Source: Tubulanus polymorphus
Taxonomy: Eukaryota; Animalia; Nemertea
Direction: 5' to 3'
Assembly: GCF_964204645.1 (NCBI RefSeq)
Contig: NC_134026.1
Location: 16,526,150 to 16,590,149 of the forward strand
DNA length: 64,000 bases
Under the pieces are notes generated by a model. It did not search any database. It was not told the DNA's origin and worked only from the letters and a program-made list of their open reading frames with translations. A program made the position numbers and the translations under genes. This document shows, one piece after another, positions 41,669-52,337 of the stretch. Position 1 is the first letter of the stretch, and each line of letters begins with the position of its first letter.

Positions 41669-42262
41669 TTATTTGGGTCACTATTCCATTGCTCAATAAA
41701 TGTCTTTGCTTTATCTAACTGATCTAATTACAATTTCATATCTAGTTTGTTAGACTTAATTATATTTTCTTTCTTTTCGAGAGGTTTTAGATTCTTCCAA
41801 TTCCATATCAATTTCTTATTGTATTCATCATTCATGTTAAATTTAGATATCGGCAATACGTGATCTATATGGAAATAATCTCCGTAAATATTTGTGTTCA
41901 TTTCATCATCGAAATGATATACAAACCATGATTTTAAGAATTCATCCGAACAATCCAATAAATTAGATAGCGTAACTGAATGTTTATCTTAACTGAATGA
42001 ATTTGATAATCTATAACCTAGACATTGTTTTAATTTAAAATTAAAATCTGTTTGATATTTTTCTTTATGATAATTATTTTGAAACGGTTTAACATGGTCT
42101 GGATTATTTTCTTTCCATTGCTTAATTTTATCTTTGCGTGTTTCAATATTATCTCTATAATATTGTTGACTACTTACTTAATTCACACTTCGAATATTTC
42201 TTATGATAAATATTTACTACACTATGCGTAATATTTATAGTTTGTGGCTGTTTACTTTCCAT
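41669..42262 (-). pseudogene. HNH endonuclease, homolog of 1816..2473
   Basis: CSDEFLKSW...YGDYFHIDHVLPISKFNM...WNWKNLKPLEKKENIIKSNK. Confidence 0.8.
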
Positions 42263-42292
42263 TTATTATACATATTTTTTACTAAAATTGAT

Positions 42293-44293
42293 TAACATGT
42301 TATAATCCCTTTAATAATCTCATTTTCTTTCTCTTCATCCCTTTTGAACTTTAAGTATTCATCTAAATTGCAACCATAAGCAACTGTTTGAATTCCATCA
42401 TCTAATATATATCTTTTATCATCAAATGGGTTTAGACTAACTTCTTCTATTTCTTCTATAAACATTTCGTGGTACTCAGATCTTTAACATTTCATCTTAT
42501 GTTTTCTAACTTCTTCATTAAATAAACAATTGATGTTATCTTTAAAATGAATATTTTTTTCAACAAGGCTTTTTGTAATACCTTTCAATCTTTTAGATTC
42601 ATGAGTTTTATAACTATACATTTTAGATCGAATTCCAATGAACTCTATCATTTCTTCACCACCGAATTCATCCTTAAACTTCCCAGGAACTTTTCTATTA
42701 TCATCGTTAAACAATCCATGATTTTTAGGATAATTACTGAAATCCAAATGATGTTTTAATGTTTTTAAATCATCTGTTATTTAGTAGTTTTTATTACTAG
42801 TAAATTTTATCGCAGCCAAAACAAGGAATTTTGTACACTCCGCAGTCCAAAGGTTTAGATTTATTGTTTTTTACCAAAGTCTTACTAATATTGTTTTCAT
42901 AAGTGAAAATAATTTGTTTTTCCAATAAAGGGAGAGAGTGACGAAACTTTTCCAAAACATGTGCATACGGAACTACACTGAATTCTGAAATGTGTTTTTT
43001 ATTTTCTGGAGGTTTAGAATTGAAGAAAGTTCGTTTAGCCTGAAAATAGCGATTTTCAAAATGTGATCAGGGTATGCCAATTTTTTGAGTGAGTTAGATA
43101 TATGGTCAAATTCAGCCGAAAGCAAGGTTTCATCGCAGATCCGTAATGCACGGAGAAAGAGGCCTTGAGCGAGACAAATTTTGATTGATTTAGCAGTAAA
43201 CGAAAAGAAGTTAAGGTATGCCTCGGTGTTGATAGGTTTACGGTAAACTGAGCAAATCAAATGAGAATATTTATTGTGAATTAGAACATCTAAAAACGGA
43301 ATTTGGTCATTTTGTTCCCATTCAAAAGTGAATTTCAAAGAGGGATATTGGGAGTTGATGAAGTCGATAAAAGTGGTAAGATCAAAATCATTAGAAACTA
43401 AGCACTCTTTTCAGAATTCATTGTAGTTCGAAATTAAGACTGGTGTAATACGCTCTCTAGACCTTGTCAGAGTGACTAATCTTGCTGCAAGGTTTTGGAT
43501 GAGCTGGAGTCTGTGTACTAAGCCAGCATTTACACCAACTGAACATGAATTGCAGAATGTATCGTCATAAATATCATTTCATCGAATATCAAACCAGATC
43601 CTTCAAAATATTTATCTTCTACGTTACTTTTTATTTCATTATTACATTTATTTTATCTATCATCTATATGTTGTTTTAAAATAATATGTTGTGAATGAGA
43701 ATTTATATTATATATTGGTTTATCTTCAGATTTTATGAATTTAACTATTCTACGTCTGTAATTATTTTTATAATATTTTTCATATTTTCTTAATGTTTCT
43801 AATTTTCTTCTAATGTTTTACCTTCATAAAATTTAAATTCAATAGCAGCTGGTCCTATATCACTTTTAAATGCTTCGGTTATTTCAATATCTTTTTTATC
43901 ATCTAATGAATTATTATAATTTCTAACATCTTCCATGTATGGTATTTTATTGTTTAATTTATTTTTTATTCTTTTAATTGTGCTTTGTTCTTTATCATTA
44001 TTTTCATCGAAATAATCTTCACCTAAAATATCATTATTAACATCTCTAATATGATTTTTCGATTTCAAATGTTGTTCATAATATCTTTTGTTACTGAATG
44101 ATTGATTACATGTATCACATTTATATATTTCTTTTTCATTCTTAAATTCTTCTAATTTAGTTTCTAATATATCATTATTATATTGCAATTTCAATTCATT
44201 CTCTAAGTGTGTTAAAGTTGTATTAAGTCTTGCTTTTTTAGATTTATCTATAATTTTACATGTTGGACAGTTGTACTTCTTGTTTGCTTCCAT
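42293..44293 (-). pseudogene. protein-primed PolB with large internal deletion filled by foreign DNA
   Basis: N-terminus (ZnFs, IGPAA, YFEGSG) 43561-44293 and C-terminus (DFSNYP, PGKFKDE, GIRSKMYSY, NPFDDKRY) 42293-42800. Confidence 0.88.
42801..43402 (-). mobile_element. Penelope-like element fragment (RT thumb to start of GIY-YIG)
   Basis: KFTFEWEQNDQIPFLDVLI...VYRKP...YLNFFS...RALRIC; ends GVYKIPCFGCDKIY. Confidence 0.88.
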
Positions 44294-44330
44294 TTATTAT
44301 ATAAATTTTTTTATTAAAATTGATTTTATA

Positions 44331-44679
44331 TTATTCGAAATCAATATCATGGTGTCCTTTTTCATTCTTACCTTTGTATATGAAATAGAAATCACCTGAA
44401 TATAATTCTTCTAGATCTTCACTATATAATCTATAAAATCTATCTGGTAAATATGTTCTGAATTTATATTTATTTCCTTTTAATCCTTCATACTCTCAGT
44501 GAAAAACTAATTTATTACCAAATCTATGAGTAATTGTTTCAATATTTGTAATTAAATATTTCTAATGTAATGTTGATTCTGTTAACTTTTTGAATTTATA
44601 ATCTACAGATTTGACATTTGTAGTATCTTTAATTCTATTTTAGAAATCACTGTGTATTTATTTACTCTCCACTTATCAT
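44331..44679 (-). pseudogene. small terminal gene of copy B (unknown function)
   Basis: fragmented reading frame ...ITHRFGNK...KFRTYLPDRFY...FIYKGKNEKGHHDIDFE; shares upstream motif with neighbouring genes. Confidence 0.45.
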
Positions 44680-45600
44680 ACATATTTCTTATTAAAATTG
44701 ATTTTCATAAATATGATATTCATTTATATAATGTTCATATATATGAATATTGTTAGAAGTAATGGGGAAGTGTTTTTTCAGATTAAAGGTTGAAAAGTTG
44801 AGTGAAAAATAAAAATTAAATTCGAGCGTGTGAGAATTTATTTCAATTTTTATGAGCTCGACCTTTCGACTGAGGCGAAATATTTGACTAGGCGAAAGAG
44901 GAGAGTGAATCTTTGAAAAAGATAAAATCTGCGTGGGATGCAGATCAAGCGCGAAATAGTAAGTTTTGTCATATTTCAGTTTCCAGATTATTGCATCACA
45001 CCACTCAATGCTGCGTAGGGAAGTTCATGGACATCAAAATAAAACAAAAGAATCTTATACCGGGATAAACCTCTGTACACGAAAGATGTGCCTTTGATGA
45101 GGAATTAAGATGCATGTTGTGTAAATTTAAATAGCTTTATTTCCTATTTATATATCAAATATTGAAAATTGTATTTTTGTGAAATTGGTAGACATATAAA
45201 TTCAAATATAAAACTTATCAATTCATAATACTTTTTTTGATATTTCTATTAGCCAATAATCTCTTTCTTAGTCTTTTTTGTCGTCTTTGAAGTCGATGAT
45301 TTCTTGGCAGCAGCTCTGGTATTCGATGCTGAAGAACAACGCAAATTTGCCTTGCTGACACTGTATAATTGTTTACGTAGATTTGAACCGCCCTTTAGCC
45401 GTTTACCAGCCTTTTAACTCAATTTCTCGAAGTGACCCACAATAAATCCATTTATACGCGCATGTTTATACTTTTTTTTATAAAATCTTGCCAAACCAAA
45501 TAAATGTTCGGTGACAATTCTTGGGCTAATGCCAATCCAAGTCTGGTAGTTGTCAAGTTAACGAAAACAGATTCCATCCATTTGTTCGGCAGAACTTCAG

Positions 45601-46751
45601 CGCTGTTGTCATATCGCGGAAAGACGGAATCGCGGAATTTTCCAAAAACGCGGAATTTCTTCATTTTTACTATAAATAGTAAACGGGTTTTCCCACGGGG
45701 ATACCCACTGTCGGACAGGGCACCGGACCCAGGTTTTCAACACCGGGAATTAGTATTTGATAATTTATTATATCGCCAGTCAACAACTTAACGATACTGT
45801 TCCAAATAATGGAGAACCTAGGCAATACGTGCTTTGCGAATTCAGTGATACAGAGTATCGCTGCATTAACTGAAGGAATACAAATCGATGGTACGTAAAC
45901 GTAGGATTTGTGATGACACCATGGGTCATTCTCAAGGACTCACTTCCGAGTTAAGATTTGACTCTGGTCTCTGGATTTAAAACATTGGAAATGAATTGAT
46001 TCTAAGTAACTCAGAGTTAACTCACAACTGTGGAACTGGATCGATGTCAGACGAAAATAAATAGACATTATGTTTATTTCATTCTGGCTTAGGATTGTTC
46101 ATGCGTGTTGTGTCTCTACATTGTTGTTATAAGCGAAGAATGTGGTTTAGCTTTTAGAATTAAATGATATGAAAGATTATAAAATGGTTTCGTTTTTTTT
46201 AATTTTTACTTTGTGAGTGCTATAACATATATGTTCTTATGCTGATTATTTGGATCAAAAAAATTTTATTGGTACCGGTACTGGACGGCCGTAAAATTAT
46301 AATAATTTCAAAGGAATTTGAACCGGTACTTGTTTGGTCGTAGGATTTCATGTTTGCAACCATCTACAACTACGGTCCGACACCGCGAACGTGCTCAATA
46401 TTTATCTGATAATATTCGTTTCTGAAGTTCTCAAAAAGTCGATGAACTTCGATAACCGAAGTTTGCCTAGTAGAAATAGACATAAGGTGCCTGGTCTCTT
46501 TCACCTCACTTGATTCTGACTTCTTCTACAGGTGGCAGCCAGTCAACGGTATCGTAATATAATAATTCCATATAAAATTGCCTGCAAATAATGGGATTCG
46601 AACCTAAGTCGTTGCATCGATCAGTCCGGTGCCCTGTCCGACAGTGGGTATTCCCGTGGGAAAACCCGTTTACTATTTATAGTAAAAATAAAGAAATTCC
46701 GCGTTTTTGGAAAATTCCGCGATTCCGTCTTTCCGCGATATGACAACACCG
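45601..46751. mobile_element. Mutator-like non-autonomous element (about 128-bp TIRs, 9-bp TSD GAACTTCAG)
   Basis: TIRs 45601-45728 and 46623-46751 nearly perfect; GAACTTCAG at 45592-45600 and 46752-46760. Confidence 0.9.
45809..45890 (+). other. ubiquitin-specific protease (peptidase C19) Cys-box exon fragment inside the MULE
   Basis: MENLGNTCFANSVIQSIAAL followed by gtacgt donor. Confidence 0.7.
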
Positions 46752-49700
46752 GAACTTCAGTAGTGGCATTCTAAAAAAATAAATGGATTAGTTAGAATAT
46801 TGAAATCCGGTTACGTACCTGATTCAAATGATGTAACAGTAGAATTTTTATTACCTTAATCAGAGCTTTCTTTTGTTTTTTAAACTCCTGTTCGTTTACT
46901 ATGCGAATAATTGTATTATCAAGTAATTTCAATAATTCCATATATTCTCTCCTGAATACATATAGCCCACCTCTGTCACGACATCGTAATTCCACCGGTA
47001 TCTTTTTATCCAAAACAATTATACGTCCCAAAACAGTTAGATTTCCCTTCGCTGATATATTTCCATTTCGTTGTTGTCTTTTGTACAATGAAAACAAGAC
47101 CGAGACAACCACCCAAAAGTACATAAATACCAGTTTCTGTTTGAAATTGAGTATATTCTGATTTGTCGCCGTCAGTAGTGGTGTCCGATTTATCCAAAGA
47201 ATTCAGAATTCTATATATGAAGTGCCCACATAATCGCCAATGGAGTGGATAAGAGCAGCTATACCAATCTCCGTGGTTTCGTCTGTAGGCATACCCAACA
47301 CAAATTTTCGAAATTCAGTTGGACGTATAAACTAGATAGTTTATACGTCCATGGTTTGACTAACATATTTGTCAGTCAATGGTTTTCCGATATAATCCGA
47401 CAGCAATAACTTCCATCTAAGCAGAAAATGGACGTAGGGGTCCTTGAGCCGTTGAGAGTCAGCATAAATGTTTTTGAATGCTAGTACTAAATCAAATATT
47501 AAGAGTTTAACAAGATGTTTTTCAAGTAGAAATGTCTTTTCCTCGTTTCGCAAAAAAGGATATGACCATCGGATACTAATTGATTCTGCAAACCGTTGAA
47601 AATATCTTCAATTGAGATCGTACTCAGAAAATCCGGATTCAGTTTCTTTACCATCATCAGTGTAAATGAGTTGTCAGACTGGTGGCCGCTTAGTAGCATC
47701 AGCCTGTCCAAAGAAACCTTGGGCAATAATAAGACCATTGAAGGTTTGACCATTGAAGGGTTTATGTAGCGGTAGGGAATCAAACCCTTGCAAGGAATGG
47801 ATGAAGGTCTCTGAATTCTTGCATGAATTACACCACGAACCTTAGTGTCTGATAAGGTTCGTGTAGAGCGAAAAGGTGAAGCCAAAATCAGTCGACCTTT
47901 TTGGGGAACAAAAAATGTAACTCACAGCCGACTTGTGTCCGACAGACCGATTTCATAAGCTGATGGGCACTTCGTAGATACAAATATGAGAATTATTGAT
48001 TGATCAAAGCATGGCTTCAAAATTTCCCTTGAAAATCAAAAAATAATGTGTAAATATAGCTGCAAGCAGCGATAACGGGTTTCTGGCTTCTGGATAGAAT
48101 GTCGTTCAGGGATGCGAGCAAAGATTTCACCCGAAATCAGTTCGTTACATTCCGTTTTTTGAAAGAGTGCCACCTAGGTGTCAACTCACAACATAGATAT
48201 GTTGACCCACATGTGCTACTACGCGCATGTGCTACTACGCGCAAAGTACTAATGTGTCAGGTTTTGGGGGAAATAACATCGAGAAGAACGAAGCTACAGT
48301 GTTTTTACCATTCCCTAGTGACAGTTTAATCGCATATTCGGTTATTATTAGTTCCGAAAAAAGTCGACTAGATATGAATTTCGAATTTGGCCCAAAGCAC
48401 AAATTTGGCTCATAGGGTAAACTATGCAGGGGGAAGGCCTTATAGTGTTACTATTAGTAGAGGAGTGACAAGTCAGTCTGACAAGTCAAGCGATCAGATG
48501 GGGACTACAATTCACATATGAAATTGACGTCCAGTAACCATTATAAAAACATAATCACGAACGGTACCATCACTCCCCATTACTGGCTGTCACTGGTCTC
48601 TGGCTTGCAATCATTCTTTATCGGTGCAGTGGGTAGGTATTTTTAACTGACTTTGTTCTTCTATGACATTACCATCGCCGCTGCGTCACGATGTGATGTA
48701 CATGTACAAGGGACCTCCAATTTGTAATGTATGTGACGTATAAACTGACCGTTTAATATCGACGATAACAAGGTATCACCGACGCTGACATTTTCTGACG
48801 CTAACTAGTATGATCCGCCTTTTGGACCGGACCAATTAAATTCAATTAAGAAAACGCGTACCGGTACAATACATAAATAAACCGCTGTTGATTTTTCGAA
48901 ATATTGATATCCACGAACAAAACTATACTATTATAGAATGTTTAAAAGGAACTGCTTTTAATAACAGTATGAATAAACTTACATCACAAACAAGGAAGTA
49001 TATTTTAACTTGTGAATCGTCGAACCCCAGTTATTCACAGTAACCTGTGATTTGGATATTCTCGGAGCCTTCCTTCTTTATTTGTCTATGAAATGACGTC
49101 ACAAACTTTCATATTCGCGCGCCATGATTGATGATTGCTATTTCCACCTTTTATCTTTAAGTAACTTCAAGTTTAAAATAGGAAGCACAGTACATCCATA
49201 GAAACTACGCCCAGAAAGAGACTGTTATATTATTATCAGAGTTTAACATTTCGTTTCAAAATTGTTAGTAGTCAAATCTAATAGAAGATGATTTTTATGT
49301 GACGAAACTCAGTGGAAAATATGTTAAAATAATAATCAGCAGGAATCCAATAGGGTTTCTGCCGATGCAGCAGAAACCCTAAAAATTGCTGATTTCGGCA
49401 ATCGGCCATCTTGATACTGATCAGGTCAGTTTTTGGGTACAGGATCACCGACGGGGCGTTATTCCTGTTATATATGGGCCTTATTTTGCCCATAGTAATT
49501 TGCTCTGATTAGAATCCCACACTAATCCCTCGACTCAAAAAATCTGTAGAAAAAATACAACATACAGAGAAGAACAGTATTCGAACTCAGGCCTGCAAGC
49601 GCTAGTACAGTGATACTGCTAGACCACCGAGGCAGCCAAATACAGTTGGAATGTTATACCTACATATGACCCTCAACCTAACCTTAACCCAAACCATCTG

Positions 49701-49997
49701 GACCATATATATCATCTATTAAATGCATTATGAAATAAGATTCGATTTTGAATGAAGTGAATTTGACGCGTCGTTTGACGAGTCAAAAATGCTATTTTAA
49801 TTTTGACATTTTTTCCATGCAATACGAGTGCTTGGGGTGCTAGAGCACCAACCCCTCCCCCTTGGAAAATTAACATCGTAATACCCATGTTTATGTTTCA
49901 AAATTGCCCGGGGATGAGAAGAGAATATTCAAAATTTTGAACCACGCATTATGCATTATGATGCTTTAAAGGGAGTGAAACTCCTAGACGAACCTAC

Positions 49998-50555
49998 CTC
50001 TTGATATCTGCGATATTACAGTTTTGGCAAGTTCTGTTCGCCATGCATTCGTGTAGTTTGTGATGAGGAATTTGAAGCTCAATGGGACGACCTTGCCTAA
50101 TACATCCGACTTCTCGTCAAAGGTTATTGTGTATATTCGGATACTGCTTAGGGCTAAGCAGTTAGCTATCTTTCGTAGTTTCCATTCATCCATTGTTCCC
50201 CCACTACCAACAACGATTACCGTTTTAGGGACCTTTTTTCTGGATGCCAGTGACTTAAACACGATTTCCCGTGCATGAGCTAATGCCACCTCTGAACTGA
50301 CATCGGTACTGCTAGATTGGGAAAGTTTCAACAAATCAAACCGTTCGGCAATGCAGTGCTGATTGTCGCATATATCAAGGTCAATACCGGGTCTGACTTC
50401 CGTATCAAACGGGTATACGGCTAACCTCGTAAAGTCGAGATGAACCGAGCTTGTGAGTATTAATTCCTTGACGATGTCTTTAAGAGCTTGCAACTTCATC
50501 GGACTAACGGCCGCCGACTTGTCAATATACAGTGAAATATCAATTGGAGAACTAT
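49998..50555 (-). CDS. host exon: VWA domain
   Basis: PIDISLYIDKSAAV...TRLAVYPFDT...RKKVPKTVIVVGSG; ttgcag/gtaggt; 558 nt. Confidence 0.9.
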
Positions 50556-50624
50556 CTGCAATATAGAGTATCATAATGCTTAGACAATAACTTATGGAAG
50601 CGCAGAAGATATATTCAAGTTTAC

Positions 50625-50741
50625 CTAAGCATTCTGGTGACCTATCTCCTGGGGGGCACTTGCATTTGAACGAACCATCGGAATTGACACATGCCCCGCC
50701 ATTGGGGCAAACATTTCTGATACTAGTGCATTCATCGAGGT
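50625..50741 (-). CDS. host exon: calcium-binding EGF domain
   Basis: DLDECTSIRNVCPNGGACVNSDGSFKCKCPPGDRSPECL; ttatag/gtaaac. Confidence 0.9.
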   Translation of the reverse strand, partial: TSMNALVSEMFAPMAGHVSIPMVRSNASAPQEIGHQNA

Positions 50742-50831
50742 CTATAAATTATACATCAATTTTTTGTACGATACAAAGCATGTTTCTCTTTCTCGAATCT
50801 CAGGTATTGCTATTTCTCATTAATTGTTTAC

Positions 50832-50912
50832 CTTCACACATTTCGTGCGGATGTGCTCTGTCACTAGAAGGGCCCCTCCAAACGCTGTGATAACCGTGTT
50901 TACAGTGGGACT
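50832..50912 (-). CDS. host exon: short Cys-containing exon
   Basis: SHCKHGYHSVWRGPSSDRAHPHEMCE; ttacag/gtaaac; 81 nt, phase 1-1. Confidence 0.7.
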
Positions 50913-51015
50913 CTGTAATAATAGACAGTGATGCAGAGTATAAATGGACGTATGCGTATTTAAACGAACCTTTCGGATATTAAATGGAAATAATAAGTAA
51001 AAGACTGTTTCTTGC

Positions 51016-51301
51016 CATTAATTGCGCGAGATATGAGATTTCCTGTAATTGCATTGAGTTCTTTTTCTGTTAATGCTGTAAATGAGGTGACTTCCGTTAG
51101 ACCATTTACAGGAATCATGTCAGCTACCACATTATTTTTTGATTTTGTAGTGACTGCTACCATAGCGATATCTTCGTTAAGATATCGCGTGATCGAATCT
51201 AAAGCTCGGTCTTCGTTTGTGTCGGTTCCAGATCCGACGTATATTACCATTTTCTTTACAGCAGGTCGCGCCTTGACTCCATTCAAGATTTCGGCATTTG
51301 C
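51016..51301 (-). CDS. host exon: C-terminal half of VWA domain (predicted GC donor)
   Basis: ANAEILNGVKARPAVKKMVIYVGSG...ISRAIN; ttag acceptor; gcaag donor at the position equivalent to paralogous exon ends. Confidence 0.75.
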
Positions 51302-51415
51302 CTAACGTACGACATACGCAAGTAACAGGTATAAACATCGAAGATAAATGTATATATACAACATGTATGTTTCTAGATCAGTATTGTCATCACTTAACCA
51401 TCATTCGGGGCGTAC

Positions 51416-51690
51416 CTTTTCGAGAGCTATTGACATATGCGGTGGCTTATTTCGCCAAGTCCACAGGCTGATATCATTTGAGATACAACTAGGATCCTCG
51501 CATCTATCTAACTCGGTAGCGTACCAAACTGTGTCCGCATAAGCTAGCGTTGCTATCTTTATATATCGACCATGGTGCATAAACAGCTTCTCAGTTAGTA
51601 ATTTGAAAATTGCAAATGCTTTAACCCATTCCTCGTGGCTTAGAGCATTTGAACAATCCAGAATCATCACAATATCTATTTGTCCGACGC
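51416..51690 (-). CDS. host exon: N-terminal half of VWA domain
   Basis: QIDIVMILDCSNAL...IKIATLAYAD...HMSIALEK; ttatag/gtacgc. Confidence 0.85.
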
Positions 51691-51787
51691 CTATAAAAGA
51701 AAAAAAAACATACAACCCCAACTCATTCGGTGATATGATGATTTGAACAGTCTGGATAAATAATGGAATAATAAGAATCAGTATTAC

Positions 51788-51895
51788 CCAAACAGTTAGT
51801 CCTGTTCCTTGGACAAGGGCACCAAAATCCTTTATCAAGATCAGTACACTCTCCTTGGTTAAAACATGGATTAGCATTGTCACACTCATCGGTAT
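51788..51895 (-). CDS. host exon: calcium-binding EGF domain
   Basis: DTDECDNANPCFNQGECTDLDKGFWCPCPRNRTNCL; tttag/gtaata; 108 nt. Confidence 0.9.
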
Positions 51896-52337
51896 CTAAA
51901 AGTATTTGTCGATTGAGTAATAATGGAATAGGTAATCGCAATTTGTCATGGTATATCCAGCTTTGTGATTTGCCACATCAAGGATTTGTGCAAATATTTC
52001 GTTGAAATCAATCTTATCAGTACATGACGTAGGCTATTTCAAAGGAGCACCACCTAGACGGTGAACACATATAATGGATAGTGGATGCATATGGGCGACT
52101 AGGTACAAACTTCTGAAGTACCGAGTTTAGCAAATTTAGGAAATGGCCATACAAAATTGATAGCGTGTTTTAAGCTGGTTTCTCAGAAGTAACGAGAGAG
52201 ACAGTTGTTTAATTTAACCGCTTTCTAGCAGTAAAGTAGTACCGACAATACAAGTAATTAGAAGATGGCGTTTTCAAACCAGAGTACTAGAGTACTAGCT
52301 CCCACTCATCACCACAAGTAATTTTTTTTCCTTATAA

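Larger units (their letters stand above)
31895..44834. mobile_element. Polinton/Maverick-like element copy B (decayed, with nested insertions)
   Basis: AT-rich block with plus-strand structural-type genes converging on minus-strand ATPase, integrase, HNH and pPolB; nested insertions at about 34483-35610, 36391-37507, 41070-41665 and 42801-43560. Confidence 0.92.

Noticed and set aside
52280-52320. agagtactagagtactag as a Polinton TIR start
   Set aside because: No matching inverted end or 6-bp TSD found in the window
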